From a virus (lineage: Duplodnaviria; Caudoviricetes), in IMG/VR virus record IMGVR_UViG_3300002514_008521, positions 1 through 64,000 of that record: a stretch of 64,000 bases of DNA. One strand, written 5' to 3'. Of this stretch, positions 19,585 to 29,301 are shown piece after piece. Every line of letters starts with the position of its first letter. The first letter of the stretch is position 1. The notes below the pieces were generated by a model. That model did not search any database, had not been told where the DNA came from, and worked only from the letters and a program-made list of their open reading frames with translations. The position numbers and the translations under genes were made by a program.

Positions 19585-20409
19585 TTATGTACAATGTTCT
19601 GTATTATAGAATTGACAAAATGTACATGATTCCCTGTTCTTTATAAAGAAACCCCTCCTAACGGAAGAAATCATGTTATTTACTATTTTTCGTGCCTTTT
19701 CGATGGCTTTTGGTCCGGAAGATATTTTAAATAGATCACACATCTTTCCTGGTTTACCACCTCTCTTAAGAAGCACAAATCCGCAGCCAACGTCTTTTAG
19801 CGGGATATCATTTTTTGTTGCCCAGAAATATTTGTAAAGTATAATCTGTGCATGGGTCAAAAAATCTTGCTTCTTTCTTCTATCCCACCCGTAAGACTTT
19901 GCTGTTTTCCAGTCAAGGATCCAGTATTTATATGTCCCGTTCTTTCTTGGGACCTTAATAATGACGTCTATAAATCCCTTAAAGAGCATTTCTTTTTCCG
20001 GAATTTTTTCGTATAGCTCTTCCTCTGCCTGTACAGGTTCCCAGCCGGGAAACTCTTTATCTAAAAAAGCCGGAACGTCGTTCCACATGTTAGAGGCCCA
20101 TGTGCACCACTCTTCAACGGGATGATACTTGTACCAGCCAGGTTGTTTTTTGACCCATTCAGGATCATCAAACCCGTTCTTTGTCCATGCATCTCGAATA
20201 TTCTGAAGGAGTTTTTCACGGGGTACCTTACCGGTATTTATATAACTTTCACACCCTTCATGAATATTAATACCAAAATCTAGATAAGGAGATGGCTCAC
20301 TAAGATCTATTTTATCTATGTGTTGTAGTTTATGTCTATAAGGGCACTCTTTCCAATTCCTTACTTCAGAATATGATACGTGCCTCTTTCCTGTTGGGAA
20401 TTCTTTCAT
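19585..20409 (-). CDS. PD-(D/E)XK nuclease, Cas4/AddB-like with four-Cys Fe-S motif
   Basis: SYSEVRNWKECPYRH; GFIDV...ILDWKT; C-terminal CTFCQFYNTEHC. Confidence 0.85.
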   Translation of the reverse strand: MKEFPTGKRHVSYSEVRNWKECPYRHKLQHIDKIDLSEPSPYLDFGINIHEGCESYINTGKVPREKLLQNIRDAWTKNGFDDPEWVKKQPGWYKYHPVEEWCTWASNMWNDVPAFLDKEFPGWEPVQAEEELYEKIPEKEMLFKGFIDVIIKVPRKNGTYKYWILDWKTAKSYGWDRRKKQDFLTHAQIILYKYFWATKNDIPLKDVGCGFVLLKRGGKPGKMCDLFKISSGPKAIEKARKIVNNMISSVRRGFFIKNRESCTFCQFYNTEHCT

Positions 20410-20415
20410 CTATAA

Positions 20416-20444
20416 AGTATAAACAAAATACCGCGAGAGTTCAA
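20416..20444 (-). promoter_or_regulatory. Sigma70-type promoter TTGAAC-N17-TATACT, leaderless (ATG 6 nt after the -10)
   Basis: Minus strand reads TTGAAC tctcgcggtattttgtt TATACT ttatag ATG; a matching copy lies at 26638-26666. Confidence 0.7.
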
Positions 20445-20460
20445 CTAAGTTTTATATCAA

Positions 20461-21741
20461 TTATCTTAGCTGGTCAATATTTTCAACAACCTTTTTGATT
20501 GCTGCCACAATATTTTTCATATGTTCCATATCATAAGGTGCACGAATGTCTAGCGTGGCTATCAGTTCCTCGCTATATAAGCGCTCAACTACCGGGCAGC
20601 CAGGATTTTCATAATCAATATGTGATGCATAGTCTCTAATCACCCAATGCTTATTAGAACGATAGATATCTTGTTTATAGAGGGGGGGAACATAACCACA
20701 CGCAAAATTTACACCTTCAGCATTTAGAGCCTCTACAAATTTTTCCCTACTTACACCTGAGTCAAGCTTTTTATATCTCATAGGGAAATTATACCATGAA
20801 GGTGTATGATCATATTCGGGAATCATCAATTCAATATGTTTAGTGTCCTTTAAGTTTTGCATTAAATATTGGCCCATCTGATTTTTTAATTCTAGTACAC
20901 ACCCTAACTTATTCCACTGTGCAGTTGCAAATGCTGCGCTGATCTCTGTCATTCTAAAGTTATAGCCTATTATGCCTGAATTTCCATATACATCAAAGCA
21001 ATAATCGTACGCGGGTGAACCGGTAGCCACCTTTGCAGTAGAAGCCACCTCACCGTGATTTCTGACATATCTCATACCATTATTAATTCTTTCATCATTG
21101 GTTATTGCGATACCACCCTCACCGGATGTTATATGCTTTGACTCTGTCAAACTAAAACCACCGACATGCCCAATCGTACCACATAAACTACCTTTATAGA
21201 AAGACATGGGAGATTGTGCACAGTCTTCAAAGACAAATAAATCATGTGCCGATGCAATACTCATGATCTCGTCCATATCCGCAGGTATACCAAAAAGATG
21301 CACAACAAATATCGCCCTTGTTTTATCAGTTATTTTTCTTCTGATGTCTTCTGGATCAATACACCCGCTATCTTCACACACGTCAGCAAAAACAGGTATC
21401 GCACCACATGAAATAATCGACGTTGCACAAGATGTCATTGTGTAAGGTGTGATAATCACTTCATCACCGGCCTCTAGCCCTAAGGCTAGCATAGCAGCGA
21501 CAATCCCGTTTGACCATGTATCAAATGCAACGGCATGCTCAGCCTGTGTAGAACTTGATACAACCTCTTCAAAATTAATGACCGCCGGGCCGCCCTCATA
21601 ATTTCCTGCACGGAAACCGGAGAATTTGTTTCTATTAAAACACTCTAAGATTTCTAATATTTCTTGTTTGTCAACATTTGGCCATTGATGATCCACTTTG
21701 CTCTCAATTACCGGTTTACCACCATTTATAGCTAACTTCAT
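20461..21741 (-). CDS. DegT/DnrJ/EryC1/StrS PLP sugar aminotransferase
   Basis: EDCAQS and SLTESKHITSGEGG (catalytic Lys present); start moved to MKLAINGG at 21741 (TAATG overlap). Confidence 0.9.
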   Translation of the reverse strand: MKLAINGGKPVIESKVDHQWPNVDKQEILEILECFNRNKFSGFRAGNYEGGPAVINFEEVVSSSTQAEHAVAFDTWSNGIVAAMLALGLEAGDEVIITPYTMTSCATSIISCGAIPVFADVCEDSGCIDPEDIRRKITDKTRAIFVVHLFGIPADMDEIMSIASAHDLFVFEDCAQSPMSFYKGSLCGTIGHVGGFSLTESKHITSGEGGIAITNDERINNGMRYVRNHGEVASTAKVATGSPAYDYCFDVYGNSGIIGYNFRMTEISAAFATAQWNKLGCVLELKNQMGQYLMQNLKDTKHIELMIPEYDHTPSWYNFPMRYKKLDSGVSREKFVEALNAEGVNFACGYVPPLYKQDIYRSNKHWVIRDYASHIDYENPGCPVVERLYSEELIATLDIRAPYDMEHMKNIVAAIKKVVENIDQLR

Positions 21742-22799
21742 TATTTTTTCCACTCCTCGGGGACTTTGCCGTCTTTTGTCATTGATGTAATTCTACATTG
21801 AAACTTTCTATTTTTATAATTCTTATTTTTTATTGGAAGGCTTACTTTTTTCCCGGTTTCATGGGACATATAAATCCCTACCGCTACTTCCAAAGATTTC
21901 ACTGCATCTTCACCTGAGCACATTAATTCTTCATTGTCATTTATTGTTGCCAATATATTTTCTATGGCTTTTGCCATGGGTGAAATGCCTTGAGAGCCCC
22001 TTATAGTTTCATTTATATATTTGTCGCCATGCAACCTGTAACCCTCTAGAAGAACCTTTTTTGTCATAGCAAATATTGTTGCTTTATCACCCCTGGCATT
22101 TATACCGAGTTGAGGGTTCTCCTTCCAGGCACAATCAACATATGCCGACATGTTATTTTCAAACTCTAGATATGCCGTACATCCCGGATCATTTGAACCA
22201 TCATCTATAACGGACCCATTGACCGCAGTAGGTGTTGTACCCGAATACATTATCGAAAGATCTATTAGGTGAGTTCCACAGTTCATTAATCCCACATGAG
22301 ACTGGCAGTCTAACACGTATGGTATACCAATTGCGCCAGACTTTATCCTATCTGTAATGTCTATATGCAAATCATCCCATCTTCTCCAATAGTTAACCGC
22401 TAGCTTCACGCCTTTTTTCTTGCACTCTTTGATCATTTTATATGATGTTGATAATGAATTAGAGATAGGCTTTTCACACCATATAGCTTTTAGTGAAGAA
22501 CAGTGCTTTAATGCCAGCATAACAAGATCATAATGAGAATCAACCGGTGTGCATATACTCAAAATATGGATATCTTCTTTTTCAAACATCTCTTTAGGGT
22601 CATTGTATACACCTTCAACCTCCCACCGATCACAAAACTCAGCCAGGGCTGATTGTGAAGGGTCACATGCGGCAATTAGACTTACAGACTCATTAAAAGA
22701 ATAGGCTCCGGCATGTGTACATGGTTTCTGTGTTGCTAACAGATCCTCAAACTTACCCGCTATTCTACCACATCCCACTATTGCTGAATTGTACATCAT
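21741..22799 (-). CDS. Gfo/Idh/MocA NAD-dependent sugar oxidoreductase
   Basis: AIVGCGRIAG, SICTP, WCEKP, NYWRRW motifs. Confidence 0.85.
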   Translation of the reverse strand: MMYNSAIVGCGRIAGKFEDLLATQKPCTHAGAYSFNESVSLIAACDPSQSALAEFCDRWEVEGVYNDPKEMFEKEDIHILSICTPVDSHYDLVMLALKHCSSLKAIWCEKPISNSLSTSYKMIKECKKKGVKLAVNYWRRWDDLHIDITDRIKSGAIGIPYVLDCQSHVGLMNCGTHLIDLSIMYSGTTPTAVNGSVIDDGSNDPGCTAYLEFENNMSAYVDCAWKENPQLGINARGDKATIFAMTKKVLLEGYRLHGDKYINETIRGSQGISPMAKAIENILATINDNEELMCSGEDAVKSLEVAVGIYMSHETGKKVSLPIKNKNYKNRKFQCRITSMTKDGKVPEEWKK

Positions 22800-23542
22800 G
22801 CATTCCTTGTATCATCATTAACATACGTTGCGCCTAGGCCTGCATTAATTTCCATCATACCCGGGGTCTTTAATAATAAATCACATATGTCTTGTAGGGT
22901 ACATGAATATCCCAACTTATCAAAAACCTCATTAATAAACACTAGGTCTTCTTTATAATCAAGAGTTAACCTGGTACCGTCAGGCACGTTATAGGGAGGC
23001 GCTGGAAACTTAAGAATCTTATAGCGATCAGGGTTTCGATATATATAAAGTGAAACATTCTCTAGATCATCCGGATCGCTGGTTCGTCCTGAAACATCAC
23101 GAAGAGTCTGTGTAGAAAATACTTGGACATCACTACCTCGTGGATATGCGTTTGTTATTGTTGTGTTTGCAACATAGTCTACATCTTCGCTTAGATAAAG
23201 TTGCACATGTTGATCAACAAGAACGGGATCAATCATAGGACAATCACCCGTAAGCTCAACAATGATATCAGCGTTATTATGCTCAGCAGCTTCCAAGACT
23301 CTCATAAGTACATTACTTTCGCTACCCCTATAAAAGCTTATGGATTCTGACTCTAGATATCGACATAATTCATCATCATTTTTGTTGGTTGTGGTTGCGA
23401 TAATAACATCATCAATTAGCTTACTAGACATCACACGATCAACCATTATCTTAATCATGGGGTAATCACCATGTTTCATCATAACCTTTCCAGGAAGCCT
23501 AGAGGATGACATCCTGGCCTCTATAGTAGCGCATACTTTCAT
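22796..23542 (-). CDS. SpsF/PseF-like cytidylyltransferase (CMP-nonulosonate synthetase family)
   Basis: IEARMSSSRLPGKVM, RGSESNVLMR, LTGDCPMIDP, RLTLDYKED. Confidence 0.85.
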   Translation of the reverse strand: MKVCATIEARMSSSRLPGKVMMKHGDYPMIKIMVDRVMSSKLIDDVIIATTTNKNDDELCRYLESESISFYRGSESNVLMRVLEAAEHNNADIIVELTGDCPMIDPVLVDQHVQLYLSEDVDYVANTTITNAYPRGSDVQVFSTQTLRDVSGRTSDPDDLENVSLYIYRNPDRYKILKFPAPPYNVPDGTRLTLDYKEDLVFINEVFDKLGYSCTLQDICDLLLKTPGMMEINAGLGATYVNDDTRNA

Positions 23543-24303
23543 GATAATTTTCCTGATTCATTTTCTGCTAGTTCTTTTAAAAGCTCATTAATCTTAAAGT
23601 CACAATACTTTATTTTTTTAAAAATATCCCGAGCCTCAACAGGACTAACCCTGAATGCTAGCTTTACAACATCCATCCAGTGTGTGTTATTTTTTGCCCT
23701 GATGGCTTGAACCTCGTTAATAATGTCTTCGTCGCTTCTACTCTTTAAATCTTTCACTGTAGTCTCCCAGTTATTAAAAATTCCTAAGGTTTTGAAGTAT
23801 ATCTCGCTAGTCTTTTTAAGATGAAATGTCCCGTCAGGTACCTGTTTAACCCTATCAAACTTTCCTGCTTTAATTAGATGCCATTTTCTTATAAAGAGGC
23901 TTTCTATTGAAGCCCTTAGCTTCCAGTATGATGTTGACAATGTATCATCATCATTTATTCTCACTTTTTCTTGAAATAAGATATCACCGGTATCAATACC
24001 ATCGTCCATCATGTGGATTGTTACACCCTTCGGGGTATCATCAATGATACTCCAGATGTTTGGGTACATCCCCTTATTCCATGGCAAATATGAGATATGC
24101 AGGTTTATAATCTTTTCGCTATAGGCTTCTATCACATTCTTCTTTATAATGTGTGTATAGCCGTAACTTATTATAAAGTCAGGATCAATATTATTGATTT
24201 CTTGTAGACTGATCTTCTCTGTTGTCTGTGTTACGTTTGCTTCTTTAGACAAAAACTGTAAAATAGGAGAATCATTATACCCTAAAAATAAAATTTCTAA
24301 CAT
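23539..24303 (-). CDS. Formyltransferase (Formyl_trans_N) with an extra C-terminal helical domain
   Basis: INLHISYLPWNKG, GVTIH...IDTGDI; about 60-aa tail DEDIINEVQAIRAKNNTHWMDVVKLAF. Confidence 0.85.
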   Translation of the reverse strand: MLEILFLGYNDSPILQFLSKEANVTQTTEKISLQEINNIDPDFIISYGYTHIIKKNVIEAYSEKIINLHISYLPWNKGMYPNIWSIIDDTPKGVTIHMMDDGIDTGDILFQEKVRINDDDTLSTSYWKLRASIESLFIRKWHLIKAGKFDRVKQVPDGTFHLKKTSEIYFKTLGIFNNWETTVKDLKSRSDEDIINEVQAIRAKNNTHWMDVVKLAFRVSPVEARDIFKKIKYCDFKINELLKELAENESGKLS

Positions 24304-24947
24304 ATAATATTCCTTATTAACTGAAATTTTTCTGCATGTTTTAATCCTACCTCATTTCCATTCACGGACATTCTGTTTAAGATACTTTTATAGCTACGTG
24401 TGTGTGGATATTCACGCATTTCATCATCATAAACTTTCAACGCAGCCATCTTTTTGTCTACAAACTCATCAACATCGTAATATACATTACCATTAAAATT
24501 TGATAACGGATTATAGTCAGTTGATGATGGTACGTGATAAGCCAAGATTTTTTGTGAATGTTCGACTTGAGGACGAAATACAGTAACTGTGGCCCTATAA
24601 ACCAGAGAGTGATCAATATTTAAGCATCCAGGGTGGTGTGTAAAAATTAAATCCGGGCTAAAATCAACGGCAGACTCGATGAATCGACAAATGTCTAACA
24701 TACTAACTGTGTCCATTTCATTATCCGGAAATTGTCCTGACCTGTAATCATGTATTCCAAGGATCTTAGAGACTTCTTCTAAGCGGGTATTTCTATTTCC
24801 TTCATCATTTCTTGCACCAACCCCATCAGTAAATGTAATAAGTCTAACCTTGGCTCCAGCACTAGATAGTTTCGCGATTGTGGCACCAGCGCCCAGGGTT
24901 TCATCATCCGGATGTGCTGCTAGTACTAAAATATTCTTATTCATCAT
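24297..24947 (-). CDS. PIG-L/LmbE family deacetylase
   Basis: AAHPDDETLGAG, FTHHPGCLNIDH, AEKF motifs. Confidence 0.9.
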   Translation of the reverse strand: MMNKNILVLAAHPDDETLGAGATIAKLSSAGAKVRLITFTDGVGARNDEGNRNTRLEEVSKILGIHDYRSGQFPDNEMDTVSMLDICRFIESAVDFSPDLIFTHHPGCLNIDHSLVYRATVTVFRPQVEHSQKILAYHVPSSTDYNPLSNFNGNVYYDVDEFVDKKMAALKVYDDEMREYPHTRSYKSILNRMSVNGNEVGLKHAEKFQLIRNIIC

Positions 24948-25611
24948 TTTTGCTAATCCTTACATCACACAATACTTCATTTTCATTACTCATCTGTGCC
25001 CTCGAAAAACTAAGCGTATACTTTCCCATATCAACGTGTGCGGATGGATATCCTTCAGCATCTAACATTTGAATAAATTGATACACCCTGTGTATATTGT
25101 CACAGTCCAGAGGGAGCAAATTGTCTTTTCGACGCCTGTAGGGTTGGGATGATAATACGTTCTGTGGACTTGGTTGTAGTTTTTTAAAAACACAATCCTC
25201 AATCAGGGAAGAACTTATACTAGCAATTGACATCCAGATATCAAAAAGACTACCCTGTAGGGACATATGTCCTGAACAGTAAATCGGGCCTGCGTCGACT
25301 TCGTCGGTCATCTCTAGTAGGTTAACCCGCGTCTGGACCACACCTTCCATAATTTGATTTTGTAAGGGGGATCCCCCACGCCCTTTAGGTAAGTTTGCCG
25401 TATGAATAACTACACACTTACATTTTTCATGAATGCTGCGAGGAACAATCGTTGACCAGTGAAAAAAGAAAATGTATGATACATCATCCAAATCTAAAGC
25501 TGATAATTCACAGTCATCTTTGACCCATGACCACTCATTAGATTGTCTTAACCTATCAAATAGAAAGCTCGACCACGCGTTGTTCTTGGATGCTAATATT
25601 AGCTTTTTCAA
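24937..25611 (-). CDS. Methionyl-tRNA formyltransferase-like sugar formyltransferase
   Basis: FFFHWS, IHTANLPKGRGGSPLQNQI, VDAGPI, MLDAEGYP; start moved to TTG at 25611 behind a GGAGGA SD. Confidence 0.85.
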   Translation of the reverse strand: MKKLILASKNNAWSSFLFDRLRQSNEWSWVKDDCELSALDLDDVSYIFFFHWSTIVPRSIHEKCKCVVIHTANLPKGRGGSPLQNQIMEGVVQTRVNLLEMTDEVDAGPIYCSGHMSLQGSLFDIWMSIASISSSLIEDCVFKKLQPSPQNVLSSQPYRRRKDNLLPLDCDNIHRVYQFIQMLDAEGYPSAHVDMGKYTLSFSRAQMSNENEVLCDVRISKNDE

Positions 25612-26621
25612 GTATCTAAATCCTCCCAAAGAATAACAACGTCTTCCGGAATATCCTTGTTCACCCTAAGACCGACAACATCAAAATATTCCTTTGAAGG
25701 AACAGAACCTGATAATGACGGGCGTTTTGTTGTAATATTATCTAGTGATAAAATATCACCCTTGCGCATTCCCTTTTTAGTAACAACCGATCTCATACAT
25801 TTTGTAAATGCCATCTCACTCTTTGAGACTGATGATGACTTATACAACAGCGTTGATTCTATTACTCGAATATTTTTAATCATATTGATTAATTCATGTG
25901 GTTCAATTGCAAAGCCGTGATCGGGTCCGGGAAGAGCTCTATCAAGCGTAAAGTGCTTCTCTATTGTCGTTGCGCCCAATGCAACAGCAACTGGAGGTAC
26001 CAATATTCCCTCCGTATGATCCGATAATCCAACGCTAATCGGGCACTTATATTTCATGTTTTTTATTTTTTTAATCTGCCCCAGACATATATCATTATGA
26101 GGTGTGGGATAAGCATTATTACCATGCAAAAAAGTTATGTCAGGAGAAGGATTTTTTTCTAAAACCCATCCGATAATATGACCGACAGTGACTAAGTCGA
26201 CTCCAATGCCGGCAGTAATAATAAGTGGAAGGCCGGTTGAGGCTGCATGTTTAACGATCCTGGGGTCTGATGCTTCAAAGCCGGCTATCTTCAGGCGCTG
26301 TACACCTATATCATAAAGATCATCGATAGCCCACTCATCAAAAGGTGTCGAAATAAATTCAATTCCCTGATCGTCACAATACAACTTAAGATCCTTTTGC
26401 CAGTGACGGGGTAGCTCGATATCCTTAATAAGCTTGTTAATGTCTTTATAACCTGCAAAGTCAGGTGTATTTTTGACGTATAAGGTCTCTGACGTGTATG
26501 TTTGAAATTTTACGGCATTCGCATTTGCTAACGCAGCTGCATTTATTAGTTTCTTCGCCATGGAAAAATCACGATTATGATTGGCTCCGGCCTCGGCGAT
26601 CACATAGGTCTCTTTCTTCAT
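25608..26621 (-). CDS. NeuB-family nonulosonic acid synthase (PseI/LegI/NeuB) with SAF domain
   Basis: IAEAGANHN, AVKFQ, STPFD, GLSDHT, IEKHFTLDR, GPDHGFAIEP, C-terminal SAF domain. Confidence 0.92.
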   Translation of the reverse strand: MKKETYVIAEAGANHNRDFSMAKKLINAAALANANAVKFQTYTSETLYVKNTPDFAGYKDINKLIKDIELPRHWQKDLKLYCDDQGIEFISTPFDEWAIDDLYDIGVQRLKIAGFEASDPRIVKHAASTGLPLIITAGIGVDLVTVGHIIGWVLEKNPSPDITFLHGNNAYPTPHNDICLGQIKKIKNMKYKCPISVGLSDHTEGILVPPVAVALGATTIEKHFTLDRALPGPDHGFAIEPHELINMIKNIRVIESTLLYKSSSVSKSEMAFTKCMRSVVTKKGMRKGDILSLDNITTKRPSLSGSVPSKEYFDVVGLRVNKDIPEDVVILWEDLDT

Positions 26622-26637
26622 AGCATACCTCTAAACT

Positions 26638-26666
26638 AGTATAAACAACATCGTCTAAAAGTTCAA
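26638..26666 (-). promoter_or_regulatory. Sigma70-type promoter TTGAAC-N17-TATACT upstream of the NeuB-family gene
   Basis: Minus strand reads TTGAAC ttttagacgatgttgtt TATACT agtttaGAGGTatgct ATG; same -35, -10 and pre-10 TTGTT as the 20416 copy. Confidence 0.7.
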
Positions 26667-27196
26667 GTATGAAGTCCTAATTTTATCATATCGTATAAGG
26701 TATCTTCATCGCTATATGAAATCGCATCGACAATAACTCCCTCTCTAGAAAACCCACATTTTAAGAAAGATCTTTCTGAGCCCTTGTTCCTGATATCACA
26801 TCCGGCGGTGAATATTTTTGTGTCATAATGTGTACTAACATATTTTACTAGTACAGAAATAGCATCAGTTGCGATACCTTTGCCCCAATAACTTTTTTCC
26901 CCTATTATTATTGAAATATCACCCTCATATAGCGTAGCATCTTTAAATTGCATACTAATTACACCCAGTAATTCTTTAGAAGGTGCACAAATTGCTAATT
27001 GTAGCTTGAGGGGATCTTTGTTATTTTCGTATAAAAAGCTTAACTGCTTATTTTCGTTAGTCTTTGCCGTTCTATGTACAGAATATTCTAGGATTGTGGG
27101 GTCTGAAAACCATTTAGTCCACCTAGGGACGTCACCCTCGGTCATAGGGCGGAGGAAACAAATATTTCCATCTATTTTTTTACAAGATGGTACCAT
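26663..27196 (-). CDS. GNAT N-acetyltransferase (RimJ/RimL type; PseH candidate)
   Basis: LRPMTEGD, IIIGEKSYWGKGIAT, NKGSERSFLKCGF. Confidence 0.8.
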   Translation of the reverse strand: MVPSCKKIDGNICFLRPMTEGDVPRWTKWFSDPTILEYSVHRTAKTNENKQLSFLYENNKDPLKLQLAICAPSKELLGVISMQFKDATLYEGDISIIIGEKSYWGKGIATDAISVLVKYVSTHYDTKIFTAGCDIRNKGSERSFLKCGFSREGVIVDAISYSDEDTLYDMIKLGLHT

Positions 27197-28205
27197 TCAG
27201 TTCTTTTACCACCGTTGTGTTAATCTTGTCTAAGAACTCATCTTTGGTTAAGCGGCCGCTCGAAAAGCTTGTATACTCTGTCATACTTACAGGCTTTTTA
27301 TCCTTAAAAATACTGGAGTGATGAATCTCTGAGGATATTCCATAACAATACCCTAAATCATATGTCTTACACATGTCGTTCATGGATATCATCGTCTCAT
27401 GTTGTTTTTCCCCCGATCTGGCGCCAATTAACTTGGGCTCAATATCAGGGCGAATAAATTCGAAAACATCACCCATCTCTAAGGACTTCATTTTAGGAAT
27501 AAAAATTTCATTAGACACGCCATGTTGAGCAGCATATCGGGTGAGCTCAATTGCCTCTTCAATTGTTATCCAAAATCTGGTCATCGTAGGATCAGTGATA
27601 AAGAACTTGTTGTTACTTGTGTCGCTTAAGTTCTCAATAATTGAACCTCTGGATCCAATAACATTTCCATATCTAACTATATGATAGCTAGTAGTATCGT
27701 GGTAATAGACCCTTGAACCTAAGAACACCTTCTCTAGACACAACTTAGTAGCGCCATATAGGTTTATTGGATCGGCTGCCTTGTCTGTGCTAAGTGCTAC
27801 AACTTTTTTTACACCATTATTGGCAGCTGCCTTTGCTACATTGAGTGCACCGACAATATTAACATTCACGGCTTGCTCGGGGTTATATTCACACACCGGC
27901 ACATGTTTTAAAGCAGCAGCATGCAGAACTAGATCTACGCCTTTCATTGCAAGACATAATCTGTCGAAGTTTTGTATATCCCCAACAAAAAAACGAATCT
28001 CGCATGTATCTAACTTAACACTAAAATCTTTTGCATCCACAACCCTTTCGGAGTATTTGGTCTTTAGATATCGTGAAAGTCGTACTTGCTTAAATTCGTC
28101 GCGACTGAACACTATTATTCTCTTGTGCCATTTGTGTTCGATAGCATTAAGAATATATGAGGTACCGAAGGTTCCTGTACCCCCAGTTATTAGTACATTA
28201 TCCAT
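27180..28205 (-). CDS. pseB: UDP-GlcNAc 4,6-dehydratase (inverting), PseB/FlaA1-like
   Basis: ITGGTGTFG, FSRDEFKQ, AAALKHVP, LSTDKAADPINLYGATK, VRYGNVIGSRGS, MTRFWIT; start at MDNVLITGG behind a GGAG SD. Confidence 0.85.
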   Translation of the reverse strand: MDNVLITGGTGTFGTSYILNAIEHKWHKRIIVFSRDEFKQVRLSRYLKTKYSERVVDAKDFSVKLDTCEIRFFVGDIQNFDRLCLAMKGVDLVLHAAALKHVPVCEYNPEQAVNVNIVGALNVAKAAANNGVKKVVALSTDKAADPINLYGATKLCLEKVFLGSRVYYHDTTSYHIVRYGNVIGSRGSIIENLSDTSNNKFFITDPTMTRFWITIEEAIELTRYAAQHGVSNEIFIPKMKSLEMGDVFEFIRPDIEPKLIGARSGEKQHETMISMNDMCKTYDLGYCYGISSEIHHSSIFKDKKPVSMTEYTSFSSGRLTKDEFLDKINTTVVKELNGTIL

Positions 28206-29301
28206 TGTTTTCTCCAAAATTCGACAATAAAAACTCATCAATGGGAAAGTTGAATTGTTGAACGTGAGATGAATTTTTCATAAAAGTATTTAATGGTTCA
28301 ATTATAGAATCCAAAGTATCATTTGTATTAATTATACACGTATTTTGTTCCTGGGATAGTCTATAATTTTTTAATGTACCTCCCACGATATTTTCATACA
28401 GACTATCGTCGACTTTTCTATATGGATCTTTCCAGAATGAAATAAATCTTGCACCCAGCTCTTCTGCCTCAACTGATGCAGACGTTGCCATACCAACGGA
28501 AAACTCGGATACTGCTAAGAGGCTTAGGCCTGGGTGCCATAAAGTTGTTGGGACACCACTAGAAAAGAAATCATGATTTATAGATGCAGCAAAAGCATTA
28601 CCATACTTCATTTTATTTTTTAGTATTATCACTAAATCGTTTGCCTTACAGTATGAAACAATATGATCATAGATTTTGGACACCCTATCATTTAATTTAC
28701 TGTCTCTTGCCATACCCGCAGATGCATCATTATCAAAATAAACGTTTGAAAATACTGTGACGTATTTCTTTTTTGGATCAAGCGATAGCTGTTGACATAT
28801 TCTATCTCTAGTCTCGCCGTGCAGAAAGAAATACTTTGGGCATGGGGATGATGCCTCATGATTTAGATGATTGTATACTGGCACAATACTTTTTTCCACG
28901 TATAACTTTCTGTAACCAGGCTGTACCGTTTTCTTCCATGGTTTATCATGGGTTCGATTTAAACTCTCACCAACCCAACTTACCACGATAAACTTATCAA
29001 TATGTTTAGTGGGTGCAAAAAATGGTAAAAAATCTTTTGTTATAAACCACCTGCATCCATCGATTAATGTGTCAAACTCATTGTCCTTAAAGGAGTTATA
29101 AGAAATAAGGTGTGCCGGATTAATCCCTGTATTTTTTAATAGCCTAATTGACTCAGTGGGTGATGTTATTTTACCACTAGGCTTGTATACAACGACCAGA
29201 TCTCTTCCGTATGTAACTGAGGCTATAAGAAAATAATTGAATATCCATATATCTTGTGCATCCGCCAAAAATAAAATATCATAAGTCTTATTTTTTATCA
29301 T
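28198..29301 (-). CDS. Hypothetical GT-B-like protein (candidate nonulosonate transferase or PseG substitute)
   Basis: C-terminal LLAVSEFSVGMATSASVEAEELGARFI resembles GT-B second-domain motifs; first gene of the Pse-type block. Confidence 0.45.
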   Translation of the reverse strand: MIKNKTYDILFLADAQDIWIFNYFLIASVTYGRDLVVVYKPSGKITSPTESIRLLKNTGINPAHLISYNSFKDNEFDTLIDGCRWFITKDFLPFFAPTKHIDKFIVVSWVGESLNRTHDKPWKKTVQPGYRKLYVEKSIVPVYNHLNHEASSPCPKYFFLHGETRDRICQQLSLDPKKKYVTVFSNVYFDNDASAGMARDSKLNDRVSKIYDHIVSYCKANDLVIILKNKMKYGNAFAASINHDFFSSGVPTTLWHPGLSLLAVSEFSVGMATSASVEAEELGARFISFWKDPYRKVDDSLYENIVGGTLKNYRLSQEQNTCIINTNDTLDSIIEPLNTFMKNSSHVQQFNFPIDEFLLSNFGENNG

